DNA of 64,000 nt. Source: Pseudomonadota bacterium (GTDB taxonomy: Bacteria > Campylobacterota > Campylobacteria > Campylobacterales > Sulfurimonadaceae). A program made the translations under genes and the position numbers. The stretch's first letter is position 1. The number at the start of each line of letters is the position of its first letter. The stretch lies in assembly GCA_043797085.1 (NCBI GenBank), contig JAZDQA010000006.1, forward strand, positions 1 through 64,000, read 5' to 3'. Positions 39,697 to 48,288 of the stretch are shown here, piece after piece. The notes under the pieces were generated by a model, which saw only the letters and a program-made list of their open reading frames with translations, did not search any database and was not told the DNA's origin.

Positions 39697-39725
39697 GAAA
39701 AGGGTTTTCTAAGTACCTTAAGGTA

Positions 39726-41033
39726 TTAGAATTTCAAAGAAGCGATAATACGGAGAGTATCTGTTGTTTTATCTGTAGTATTTGTAGCTTTTACATCTTT
39801 ATCAAATGATGTATAAATAGCTGTCAAATCAAGCATTCCAACTTTAGTAGCTGCAACAACGTCCCATGCTGTAAAATCTGTATTAAGTGTACTTGCACCA
39901 GCTGCTGCCCCTGCTGTACCGCCATTGTTACCTACTTCTGCTTGAGCATAACTTGCAGATAATGCTACACCTGGAACCATCTTAGTAGAAGCACCAATTT
40001 TCCATGTATCAGTATCTGGATTTGCTGCAATTTCACCATCCATATAAATGCTGCCAAGAGATGTATAAACCATTGATTTATCACCCGTTGCAACGTTAGC
40101 AAATCCTAAAGTACCTGCACTAACAGTTGAGTAAGCTGCGTAAACGTTTACACCTGCAACATCTCCTGATGCTTTAAGAGCAAAAACATTTGTATCACGG
40201 TGATTAGCAACAGCTGTACCAAGTGTAGTTGATGTAGAATCTGGCATCATACCAGCATATTGAGCACCAACGCTAATCATACCCATCAACTTGCTATCTG
40301 CTTGCAACCAATAAGCATCTGCTACACTAGGAACATTGTAATACCATGCTTGTAATGCAGTATCTGGAAGTGATTTATTGATTACTGCTGCAGCGTATGC
40401 ACCGCTAACTGCAAAATTACCAAATTCGCCACCATAAGATACGGTACTGCCACGACCTGAACCAAGCACACCAACACCATTATGTTTTCCAACCCATGCA
40501 GCTGCTAAAATAGTATCAGGCAAGAAATAACCGTGTGCGACTACTGCTTCGAAAGTATTATCAACAACGTTCCATGATTCTGTAAAACAAAGAGGTGTTT
40601 GCAATGCCATACGTCCAGCTGCAACATCAAACTCTTTTTGAGCGTATTTCAGGTTAGCTACTTCAGCCCAATATTGATCACTTACACGCTCAGCAACAGT
40701 CGTTGCTGTTCCATTCATTTTCATTTTAACTGCTGGAACATCTCCTACTAGATTATTCTCAAGACCAAGAGTAGAGACAGCTGTTACTTTTACCGCACCA
40801 CTAACATTTTGAAGCAATTTTGCAGAGGCACCTACTTTTAATGCAGTCAATGCCATAGAGTTACCAGTTTTATCAAAAAAACCTTGAGATGTGGTTGCAC
40901 CTGCACCTGCACCTGAAAATTCTGATGTTTGGTACCAAAGTTTTGCTTCACCGTCTACTTTAATATCTTCAAGCGCATATGCACTTGTTCCGAGAGCCAT
41001 TACAGCAACTAGACTCAATTTTCCTAATTTCAT
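39726..41033 (-). CDS. Outer-membrane porin (Campylobacterota major outer membrane/OprD-like family)
   Basis: MKLGKLSLVAV signal, GRMALQTPL, NTFEA, amphipathic beta strands, C-terminal Phe, strong RBS. Confidence 0.85.
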   Translation of the reverse strand: MKLGKLSLVAVMALGTSAYALEDIKVDGEAKLWYQTSEFSGAGAGATTSQGFFDKTGNSMALTALKVGASAKLLQNVSGAVKVTAVSTLGLENNLVGDVPAVKMKMNGTATTVAERVSDQYWAEVANLKYAQKEFDVAAGRMALQTPLCFTESWNVVDNTFEAVVAHGYFLPDTILAAAWVGKHNGVGVLGSGRGSTVSYGGEFGNFAVSGAYAAAVINKSLPDTALQAWYYNVPSVADAYWLQADSKLMGMISVGAQYAGMMPDSTSTTLGTAVANHRDTNVFALKASGDVAGVNVYAAYSTVSAGTLGFANVATGDKSMVYTSLGSIYMDGEIAANPDTDTWKIGASTKMVPGVALSASYAQAEVGNNGGTAGAAAGASTLNTDFTAWDVVAATKVGMLDLTAIYTSFDKDVKATNTTDKTTDTLRIIASLKF

Positions 41034-41222
41034 TCTTTCTCCTTGTATAAACCGTTCGTAAATAAGAATTACTTATTTCGAATCATGGGACAATCATAAC
41101 AATTACTTCTTAAATATTTCTTTATTTGTATAGTATTTTCTAATATATTGACAAATTTGTTACTGTGTGAGAGAAAATTGTGATAAAAAGCGTCAGGGAG
41201 ATTTAATTTGGGGTGAGGTTTT

Positions 41223-41298
41223 CCGTTCGTGGTGAGCCCGTCGAACCATGAACCCTTCGACATACCCTATAGGGCACGTGGGCTCACAGGATGAACGG
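41223..41298. repeat. Nested palindromic REP-like element
   Basis: CCGTTCGT...ATGAACGG outer stem; GTGAGCCC/GGGCTCAC; GTCGAA/TTCGAC; internal CCCTATAGGG palindrome. Confidence 0.75.
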
Positions 41299-41304
41299 TA
41301 TATT

Positions 41305-41715
41305 TTACCAGTTACGTATACGAATATGGCAAGAAGTACATTGTTTTAACAACTGATTGTAATCTTCCAGTGCATCATCCATTCTTCCTGCATCGATCGA
41401 TGCTATCATATCATTCGAATAAAGTCTGAGCATACTTGCTGTTTTTTGAGCGAATTGATAGGCGTATTTTTGATCTTTTGGCAAAATCCATTTTACGTCA
41501 TCTCCTTCTAAGGATTTAAGCGTTCCTTGAAGCTTTTTGATTCCGGCTTTCATATCGTCAGGTGAGCTGTAAAGTCCACCGCGCTGAATTTGTTCCATGG
41601 ATTCAAGCATGGTACGCATATCTTTCATCAACATCGAGCGATGGTCTTTTTCAGCAGCATTAATCGAAGCAGCCAACAGTCCTGAAAGTACAAATGCAAT
41701 TAGTGATTTTTTCAT
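41305..41715 (-). CDS. Periplasmic class II (cytochrome c'-like) monoheme cytochrome c
   Basis: Signal peptide, helical body, single CTSCH at the extreme C-terminus. Confidence 0.85.
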   Translation of the reverse strand: MKKSLIAFVLSGLLAASINAAEKDHRSMLMKDMRTMLESMEQIQRGGLYSSPDDMKAGIKKLQGTLKSLEGDDVKWILPKDQKYAYQFAQKTASMLRLYSNDMIASIDAGRMDDALEDYNQLLKQCTSCHIRIRNW

Positions 41716-41726
41716 AATGATCCTTT

Positions 41727-42455
41727 TTAGTATTGGATTAGTTCTTTGGAAAATTCAGTCAATTTAACTGTTTTCGCCGAAATAGAAACGAGTTTTTTTG
41801 CCTCAGCCGGACCGTTATAAAACTGTTTAAGCTCCGGCTTGAACGATTTAAAATAGTCTTGGAATTTATCCAAACCTAAAATCCCGACAGCCCAAAGGGT
41901 ATCATCCGCCGCATGTTCTAAAACAACTGCTGCGAGAGGTTGAGACGCTGCTCCGCCTAGAACTTTTGCCCCTGCACGAACATCGAATGCTGACATGTGA
42001 GAAGAGCACACAATAATACCGCTTTTCTCGTATGCTATTGTCGGTGTTTTTTCAGGAACATACATGATGAAACTGTCACTTGGTGTTGGATGCGTCATTT
42101 GATGCGTACAGATGGCTACATAAGCTACAATCGTACGATCTTTGCCTACACCGCTTTTCCAAAGGTATTTTTCACCATTTTCTGATGTCAACTCAACATC
42201 AGTTAATGTCGGTTTAGGGAGATTGACCAACAAACAAGGGGTAGACGCATAAGGATAATTAAAAATATAATTGACCTCTTTTTCCAGCTTTGACGCTAAA
42301 ATCGGTTTGCCATCCGCTCCTATGAGCTGTGTTTTTTCATACGCTCTGTAAAGCGTTCCGTCTGACGCATACAAATTGCCTCGAATAAGCGATGGACTTA
42401 CCGCCATAACTGTTGCACTTGCAGCAACTACTTTTAAAAAGTTTCTTCTATCCAT
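41727..42455 (-). CDS. Tat-exported Rieske-type [2Fe-2S] protein
   Basis: MDRRNFLK Tat motif; ICTHQ and VCSSH ligand boxes; GGAASQPL loop. Confidence 0.85.
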   Translation of the reverse strand: MDRRNFLKVVAASATVMAVSPSLIRGNLYASDGTLYRAYEKTQLIGADGKPILASKLEKEVNYIFNYPYASTPCLLVNLPKPTLTDVELTSENGEKYLWKSGVGKDRTIVAYVAICTHQMTHPTPSDSFIMYVPEKTPTIAYEKSGIIVCSSHMSAFDVRAGAKVLGGAASQPLAAVVLEHAADDTLWAVGILGLDKFQDYFKSFKPELKQFYNGPAEAKKLVSISAKTVKLTEFSKELIQY

Positions 42456-42561
42456 GATGATTTCCGTGTGAATTATTTTGTGGTGTGTAGTTTAGCAGGT
42501 TTTTTGTAAAATAAAATTTTGATTTTATCTCGTTTGTTTGCTTAGTCTGTGTAATTATATG

Positions 42562-42587
42562 CATTCCCAAGCTAGAGCTTGGGAATG
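42562..42587. repeat. Perfect palindrome (REP-like), likely terminator or stabiliser of fccB
   Basis: CATTCCCAAGCT-AG-AGCTTGGGAATG. Confidence 0.75.
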
Positions 42588-42600
42588 AGAAAACTATTGC

Positions 42601-44010
42601 TTAGCTAAACAAATCTCTCATGGCACCTTTGTACCAATCGTGTGTTGCTTTTCCAAGACCTGTTGAGCGGAATTTATCGTTTACAGTATCTCCTTTTGGA
42701 ACACTTCCTTTGCTTCCGATAACTGGACCTGCAACCATAAACTCATGGTTAACCATGATTGCTTCTTCTGGATTACCATTTACCATTGAGTAGCACACGT
42801 TTGCACTTTTGTATGGAAGTGCTGATGCAACACTGTATGATTTACCGTGGAGAACGTGAGCAATCTCTTTTGCACACTCTTTACCTGACCAGATCGCTGT
42901 TTGACCGCTTGGTGGGATTGCATGTCCAACAACGTCACCGACTGCGTAAACATTTTTATCCGTTGCTGTTTGGAAAGAAACCGGTTTTTCAGCACTGGTT
43001 GCCATTTTAACTTTTTTGAATCCGTCTGGTGTAACGGCGACACCTGACATTTCAATGACTGGATTAGACATATTGTGCGGGATGAAGTTAAATACACCGT
43101 ATTTGATTGTTTTTGTCGTTTTTGTACCTTCAGTGTCTTCTTTGTTTGCAAAAACTGTCTGAACGTATGTAATCTCTTTTTTGTCGAAATCAACATCAGC
43201 GATTTTACAATTGCTTTCGTGTACTACTTGACCTTTGTTAACCTCAGCCCATGATTCTTTAAACGCTGCACCTTTAGCAATTTCAGCCGTTTCATTAAGA
43301 ATGATAACTTTACCGGTTAGCCCCTCTTTTTTCATGTAGTTAGCAATCATACTTGCACGCTCGAAAGGAGCTGGAGGACAACGGAATTTACCGGCAGGAA
43401 CAGTAATAACAACATCACCCTCTTCCATGTTTTTAACCATACGATCCAATGCGATGTGCTCACCGCCCGGAACTAATGCAGCCGGTGCTAAACGTTTAGC
43501 TTTTGCGATTTTAGCCGCATCCCATTTTGGGAATTGTCCTTTGTAGTTGTAATCAATACCGGGAGCCATAACCAAGATATCATAACCTACTGAACCTTTT
43601 GATGTATGAACCACTTTTGCAGCACGGTCAATTCCAGTAACAACAGCGGTCAACATTCCATATCCGTTTGCTTCAACCGCTTGAGAATAGTCATGCGTCA
43701 ATGTACCAAGGTTTACACCCTCGATTCCGCCAAGATTACAGTTTGAAAATGGGCAAGACATAAAGCTGTCATTTTTTTCGATAATCGCTACATCAAAATT
43801 TGCATCAATCTTTTTAAGCTCTTTAGCAACAGTTAAACCGCCGAAACCTCCACCGATAATAACAACTTGATGTTTACCAAGCATAACGCCAGCAGCTGCT
43901 GCTGCTTTTGCCGGAAGTGGATTAAAAGCAGTAGTACTGCACCCTGATACTGCAGCAGCGGCTGCACTGATACCTGCGAATTTAAATAAGTCACGTCTTG
44001 AAATGTTCAT
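42601..44010 (-). CDS. fccB: Sulfide dehydrogenase flavoprotein subunit (FccB/SoxF family)
   Basis: SRRDLFK Tat motif, GGGFGG FAD motif, SCPFSN (FAD-linked Cys), FRCPPAPFERAS and NVCYS (active-site Cys pair). Confidence 0.88.
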   Translation of the reverse strand: MNISRRDLFKFAGISAAAAAVSGCSTTAFNPLPAKAAAAAGVMLGKHQVVIIGGGFGGLTVAKELKKIDANFDVAIIEKNDSFMSCPFSNCNLGGIEGVNLGTLTHDYSQAVEANGYGMLTAVVTGIDRAAKVVHTSKGSVGYDILVMAPGIDYNYKGQFPKWDAAKIAKAKRLAPAALVPGGEHIALDRMVKNMEEGDVVITVPAGKFRCPPAPFERASMIANYMKKEGLTGKVIILNETAEIAKGAAFKESWAEVNKGQVVHESNCKIADVDFDKKEITYVQTVFANKEDTEGTKTTKTIKYGVFNFIPHNMSNPVIEMSGVAVTPDGFKKVKMATSAEKPVSFQTATDKNVYAVGDVVGHAIPPSGQTAIWSGKECAKEIAHVLHGKSYSVASALPYKSANVCYSMVNGNPEEAIMVNHEFMVAGPVIGSKGSVPKGDTVNDKFRSTGLGKATHDWYKGAMRDLFS

Positions 44011-44233
44011 GGGTTTGATTCTCCTATTACTCTTTAAAGTGCAGGTATATTAATCCCGCATTCCTTAAAGTATTATAAGATTATATAAAATGAATGTAAA
44101 AAATGATAATAAGAGTTTATTATATAGAGAAGTGTGATAAATTTGTAACAATTCCCCATCTAATGGCTTTTTTGACTATTTTTATTGTTATAATGCTATC
44201 ATATACGAATAATAATTTATAAGGATGTTACTT

Positions 44234-44533
44234 ATGAAAACAGTAGATTGCCAAAGCTTGGAAGAACTTCGGAACTGCATTGATGCCGTAGACGATCAAA
44301 TTGTGGAATTTATCGCTGCACGTAATGCGTATGTTAAACAAGCCGCCAAATTTAAACACTCCATAGATGAAATCAAAGGTAAAGAGAGAATGGAAGCGGT
44401 CATGGATCGTGTTCGAATGCGAGCAATGGAATTTGGAGTCTCTCCCAATCTTCTCACCAAACTCTATACTATTATGATCGATGAGATGGTGGAAGCGGAA
44501 ATTTCTGAGTTTAGGAATGCTAAGTCGTTATAA
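44234..44533 (+). CDS. Chorismate mutase type II (AroQ/PchB-like)
   Basis: LEELRNCIDAVD..IV..IAAR...V..AA.FK; ATG 44234 fits AAGGA spacing better than 44225. Confidence 0.85.
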   Translation: MKTVDCQSLEELRNCIDAVDDQIVEFIAARNAYVKQAAKFKHSIDEIKGKERMEAVMDRVRMRAMEFGVSPNLLTKLYTIMIDEMVEAEISEFRNAKSL

Positions 44534-44536
44534 GAT

Positions 44537-44568
44537 TGGATCCCGTGTCGTAGCACGGGATGACGAAG
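44537..44568. repeat. REP-like palindrome between convergent genes
   Basis: TGGATCCCGTG-TCGTAG-CACGGGATGACGAAG; a near-identical inverted copy lies at 47823-47855. Confidence 0.8.
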
Positions 44569-44569
44569 A

Positions 44570-45787
44570 TTAAAACCGTGTTACCTCGTCCCCTTGTATC
44601 GCCATCATGACTCGACCGTGAAGAGTCTCATTTTTATACAATGAGTGGTGGTGAGTTACTTGCGTCATCTTATCGGGGTTAAAAATAATCAAATCCGCAG
44701 GAAGCCCCACGTTAATGATACCTTTACTCATTCCCACCGTGTCTGCCGGATTTTTAGATGCTAATTCTACGAGGCGACTCATTGTAATGGTCTCATTTTT
44801 AATAAGATGCGTATAGCATAAGGGTAAATATTCCCCGATCGATGTCGTTCCAAAACTGGCATCATTAAATGTAATATCTTTATGAATATCAGAATTGGGC
44901 TGATGCAAAGCGGATAAAGTGTGAATGTTTCCCTCTTGAAGCGAACGGATTAAAAATGCCCGTTTTTCTTCGCTTACCAACGGAGGATTGATTTTTGCAT
45001 CCGAATCATATCCTTTGCATTCAGAGTCGTTTTTCAATAAATGATGCAAACTAACTTCGCACTCTACATCCACTCCTGATACTCTAGCTTGTGTAATCAA
45101 TTCAATACTTCGTGGTTCAGTAATGCTTTTAAAAATGATTTTGATTCCAAAATGACGTGCCACTTCAATCATAGATGCGACATGAACAATCTCAGAAAGA
45201 GGAGAAATACAGCTCAAACCCAATCTGGCAGCAACAGAACCATCTGCCATCACACCATTTTCAAAAAGGCTTTTATCGACAGCTTTATAGAAAAGAGGCT
45301 TATGAGTCATTTGGAGATATTGGGCGATACGGCTAATAAGATTGTAATCACATAGGGTTGATGTGGATACTGCCAATGCCCCATTTTTTAGTAAAATAGC
45401 GATATTGCTAAGAGCGCCTGCATCATTGAGAGCACTGATACTGCATTCGATGGTCGCACCCTCTTTTGTATCTCGATGCTGATGGACAAACTCTAACGTA
45501 ATTTCGTTGTCGATACGAGGATTGGAATCACTGTTAAGGACAACCGTACTGACCCCTCCCTCAAGTGCATAGCGTGCGAGAGAAACAAGGTTTTTACCGT
45601 TTAACTGACCGTCTTTAAGGGAGACATTGGTATCGATTAATCCAGGGAGAAGATAGCATCCGCTCGCATCAATAATCTCTTCATCACTTAATGAATGACC
45701 AATTTCAACAATAACACCGTTTATAATTCTAACATCGCCGTTACGTTGCGAATCTGCATCACAAATGAGTGCATTTGCAATAACCAT
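44570..45787 (-). CDS. Dihydroorotase-like amidohydrolase, probably non-catalytic (PyrC'-type)
   Basis: LLPGLIDTNV (HxH lost), CEVSLHHL, KINPPL, NPA, ADLIIF. Confidence 0.8.
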   Translation of the reverse strand: MVIANALICDADSQRNGDVRIINGVIVEIGHSLSDEEIIDASGCYLLPGLIDTNVSLKDGQLNGKNLVSLARYALEGGVSTVVLNSDSNPRIDNEITLEFVHQHRDTKEGATIECSISALNDAGALSNIAILLKNGALAVSTSTLCDYNLISRIAQYLQMTHKPLFYKAVDKSLFENGVMADGSVAARLGLSCISPLSEIVHVASMIEVARHFGIKIIFKSITEPRSIELITQARVSGVDVECEVSLHHLLKNDSECKGYDSDAKINPPLVSEEKRAFLIRSLQEGNIHTLSALHQPNSDIHKDITFNDASFGTTSIGEYLPLCYTHLIKNETITMSRLVELASKNPADTVGMSKGIINVGLPADLIIFNPDKMTQVTHHHSLYKNETLHGRVMMAIQGDEVTRF

Positions 45788-45883
45788 GGTTGCTCCTATG
45801 TTGTTAATTGATACACACCCATTTTTGTAAAAGTGTGGAAGGTCAGTTATAATAACGGTATTGTAATCTATGAAGGTTTAAAA

Positions 45884-46246
45884 ATGGGAAATATGCGTAT
45901 TTTTGTTTTGCTTATTATAAGCACAACTTTTTTATTCGCAACTGCCTACGAGCAAGGGAAAAAACTCTATTTTGAAAAAGGTTGCAACGGATGTCACGGA
46001 ATTTCTGCCGGAGGATCGGGTCAATATCCTGCACTTGCTTATCGTCGTAAACCTTTTTTGATAAATAAACTCAAAGGATACCGGGCCAAGCAAGGGGCAA
46101 CACAATTGTCACAAATGATGATCCCCTTTGCTATGGGGCTTAACGATACACAAATTGACGAACTGACCACATTTTTTTCCCAATACAAAGAGGGATCAAC
46201 ACCTGCCAAAAGAGATTTTAATATTAAAGGAGACGGAGGATCATGA
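45884..46246 (+). CDS. Class I cytochrome c553-like protein
   Basis: Signal peptide, CNGCHG, YPALA, distal MM; start 45884 or 45893. Confidence 0.88.
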   Translation: MGNMRIFVLLIISTTFLFATAYEQGKKLYFEKGCNGCHGISAGGSGQYPALAYRRKPFLINKLKGYRAKQGATQLSQMMIPFAMGLNDTQIDELTTFFSQYKEGSTPAKRDFNIKGDGGS

Positions 46247-47292
46247 AATTACTCGTATCAGCACTCGAACATTCGGCTAATGTTCATCTTCGTTATTTAG
46301 CAAATGAGCTTGGAAATGATGTTGAGCTGCATGGAATTTTCGATGCTTCACTGGGAGAGAGTATTGTCGATTTACGCTCAACAGCGATCATGGGATTTGT
46401 GGATGCCCTCACCAAACTCCCCTTTTTCTTTCGTCTGAAAGATGAAATGGTAGAACTTGCAGGAGATGCCGATAAAGTGTTGCTGATTGACTCGTCCGGA
46501 TTTAATTTGCCGCTGGCTAAAGCCATTCGTAAACGTTATCCCGACAAAGAGATCATCTACTATATTCTCCCTCAGGCATGGGCTTGGAAGAAAAAGCGGA
46601 TCCCTGTACTCGAAAAAACAATCACAAAGCTCTGTTCTATACTCCCCTTTGAACCCTCATATTACTCCCCTAGTGCTCCTATCGAATACGTCGGTCATCC
46701 GCTGTTGGATGAAATAACAGTAGAAAAAACATCGCTTGAACCTACTGGAGTAATTACCTTTATGCCCGGCAGCCGTCCGGGTGAAATCAAAAAACTTATG
46801 GGAATTTTTAAAGAGGTACGTGCTCGAATAGAGTGTCAAGCAATGCTAGTTATCCCATCACACTTTACACCGGAAAAAATAGAAGTACTTTATGGGGACA
46901 CGTCCTCTTTTACGCTCACTCATGATGCACACGCGACCCTCGCTCAATCAGATTTTGCATTCATCTGCAGCGGAACGGCAACGCTCGAAGCATGTCTCAT
47001 CAAAACCCCTTTTGTCCTCGTCTACATCGCTAAAAAGCTGGACTATATCATCGGACGTGCGTTGATAAAACTTGAGTATGCAGGGCTTGGCAATCTCTTA
47101 TTTATGCACCAATACGGTAAACCGCTCCATCCTGAGTTTATTCAAAACGATGTAACGGCAGAAAACCTGTATAATAGCTACATTCAAATGGATAAAGAAA
47201 AATTTTTTACTAACGCCGGTACGTTGCGAGCTCTTTTAAAACATGGAAGTGCTGCGCGTGTAAGCGAAATAATCAAGGAAACCAATGCTTAG
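46243..47292 (+). CDS. lpxB: Lipid-A-disaccharide synthase
   Basis: SALEHSANVH, IMGFVD, IDSSGFN, PQAWAWK, YVGHPL, MPGSR, CSGTATLE. Confidence 0.95.
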   Translation: MKLLVSALEHSANVHLRYLANELGNDVELHGIFDASLGESIVDLRSTAIMGFVDALTKLPFFFRLKDEMVELAGDADKVLLIDSSGFNLPLAKAIRKRYPDKEIIYYILPQAWAWKKKRIPVLEKTITKLCSILPFEPSYYSPSAPIEYVGHPLLDEITVEKTSLEPTGVITFMPGSRPGEIKKLMGIFKEVRARIECQAMLVIPSHFTPEKIEVLYGDTSSFTLTHDAHATLAQSDFAFICSGTATLEACLIKTPFVLVYIAKKLDYIIGRALIKLEYAGLGNLLFMHQYGKPLHPEFIQNDVTAENLYNSYIQMDKEKFFTNAGTLRALLKHGSAARVSEIIKETNA

Positions 47293-47815
47293 ACTTTTTT
47301 CATGGGCTAAAACCTATTCAAATCGTATCGTTGATGAGAAAATCATCCCCTACGTTTTTACCCTCTCTGATTCGCCAATGCTGTTTAGAGATTTGCTAAG
47401 AACCAATAAAATGTACCAAGACGGCTTAAAACTCGAAGGGAATATCCCCGGTTTTCGTTTTAGTGTCGGGAAGAGCTATATTGTGTTTATCATTTTATGG
47501 CATATGATAATGCTTCCGCCTGCTGCACTTTTTCACGCTAAACTGGTAAAAATTGACTGTCACTTGCTCATTATTATGGCGGTCTTGTTTACAGGGATGT
47601 TTTTTGCGATGTATGCAATATTCAAAGAATTCCTTATCGACGCAGTAGCGCATAAAATCCTAAAACGCGGATGGGAAAATCACTTTCCCCATTTTAACTA
47701 TGAGCTTCATTCTGCCGAAGTAGCCAACATCTATGCTGAGGCAATCGATAAAGAGATACCAAATAATGAATTGCAGCTTTATATTTTAGAGAAGCTTGTT
47801 GAGGGGAAGAAGTAA
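47285..47815 (+). CDS. Hypothetical membrane protein (two TM helices)
   Basis: Overlaps the lpxB stop, AAGGA RBS, two hydrophobic segments. Confidence 0.75.
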   Translation: MLRLFSWAKTYSNRIVDEKIIPYVFTLSDSPMLFRDLLRTNKMYQDGLKLEGNIPGFRFSVGKSYIVFIILWHMIMLPPAALFHAKLVKIDCHLLIIMAVLFTGMFFAMYAIFKEFLIDAVAHKILKRGWENHFPHFNYELHSAEVANIYAEAIDKEIPNNELQLYILEKLVEGKK

Positions 47816-47822
47816 AACACAC

Positions 47823-47901
47823 CTTCGTCATCCTCGTGCTTGACACGGGGATCCATCTCCATAGATACAAAGCTGGATTCCCGCCTTCGCGGGAATGACG
47901 G
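47823..47901. repeat. Bipartite REP/dRS3-like palindromic element between convergent genes
   Basis: CGTCATCCTCGTG-CTTGA-CACGGGGATCCA, spacer, TGGATTCCCGCCTTCGCGGGAATGACG (contains ATTCCC-N8-GGGAAT). Confidence 0.85.
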
Positions 47902-47904
47902 GTT

Positions 47905-48288
47905 TTACTTCTTAACGCTGTTCAAAATTCCCATGAAGGTGGGAATATTCGCTCCCCCATCATGACGTTTTAGTTTTACCCCTTTTGAATTCACAAAATG
48001 AAAGGTAGGTGTTCCCATATAGCCTAACCCTTCCGGAAGAAAATCTTTATGGATATCAAGATGAACAGGGATGAAGTTTTTGTTAATCATCTGTTCTACT
48101 GCTTGCTCTTCAAATACAACATCTTCCATGTATTCACACGCAGGACACTCTTCCCTAGAAAACATTACCATCACGTTTTTTTTCTCTTTTGCCGCTTTTG
48201 TGAGTGCAACATCATACGATGCCACCCAGTTGATTTGGGCAGATGCACACGATGCTAGTAGTGCCAATGCTACGATTGTTTTATTCAT
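47905..48288 (-). CDS. Periplasmic thioredoxin-fold protein (SoxW-like)
   Basis: Signal peptide, CPAC, GTPT cis-Pro loop; overlaps the dsbD stop. Confidence 0.88.
   Translation of the reverse strand: MNKTIVALALLASCASAQINWVASYDVALTKAAKEKKNVMVMFSREECPACEYMEDVVFEEQAVEQMINKNFIPVHLDIHKDFLPEGLGYMGTPTFHFVNSKGVKLKRHDGGANIPTFMGILNSVKK

Noticed and set aside
39661..41051. Invertible or mobile cassette reading of the inverted repeat flanking the porin
   Set aside because: No recombinase nearby and the repeat coincides exactly with the RBS, so an RNA-pairing explanation was preferred and reported as a finding.
41069..41263. 64-aa ORF upstream of the porin
   Set aside because: It starts inside the palindromic repeat and runs across the porin promoter region; no RBS or protein features.
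41727..42455. Arsenite oxidase small subunit AioB or bc1 PetA
   Set aside because: No molybdopterin large subunit or cytochrome b gene is adjacent, and the disulfide cysteines are absent.
44098..44122. Fur/PerR-like box (AATGATAATAAG) upstream of fccB
   Set aside because: Only a half-site match in AT-rich sequence.
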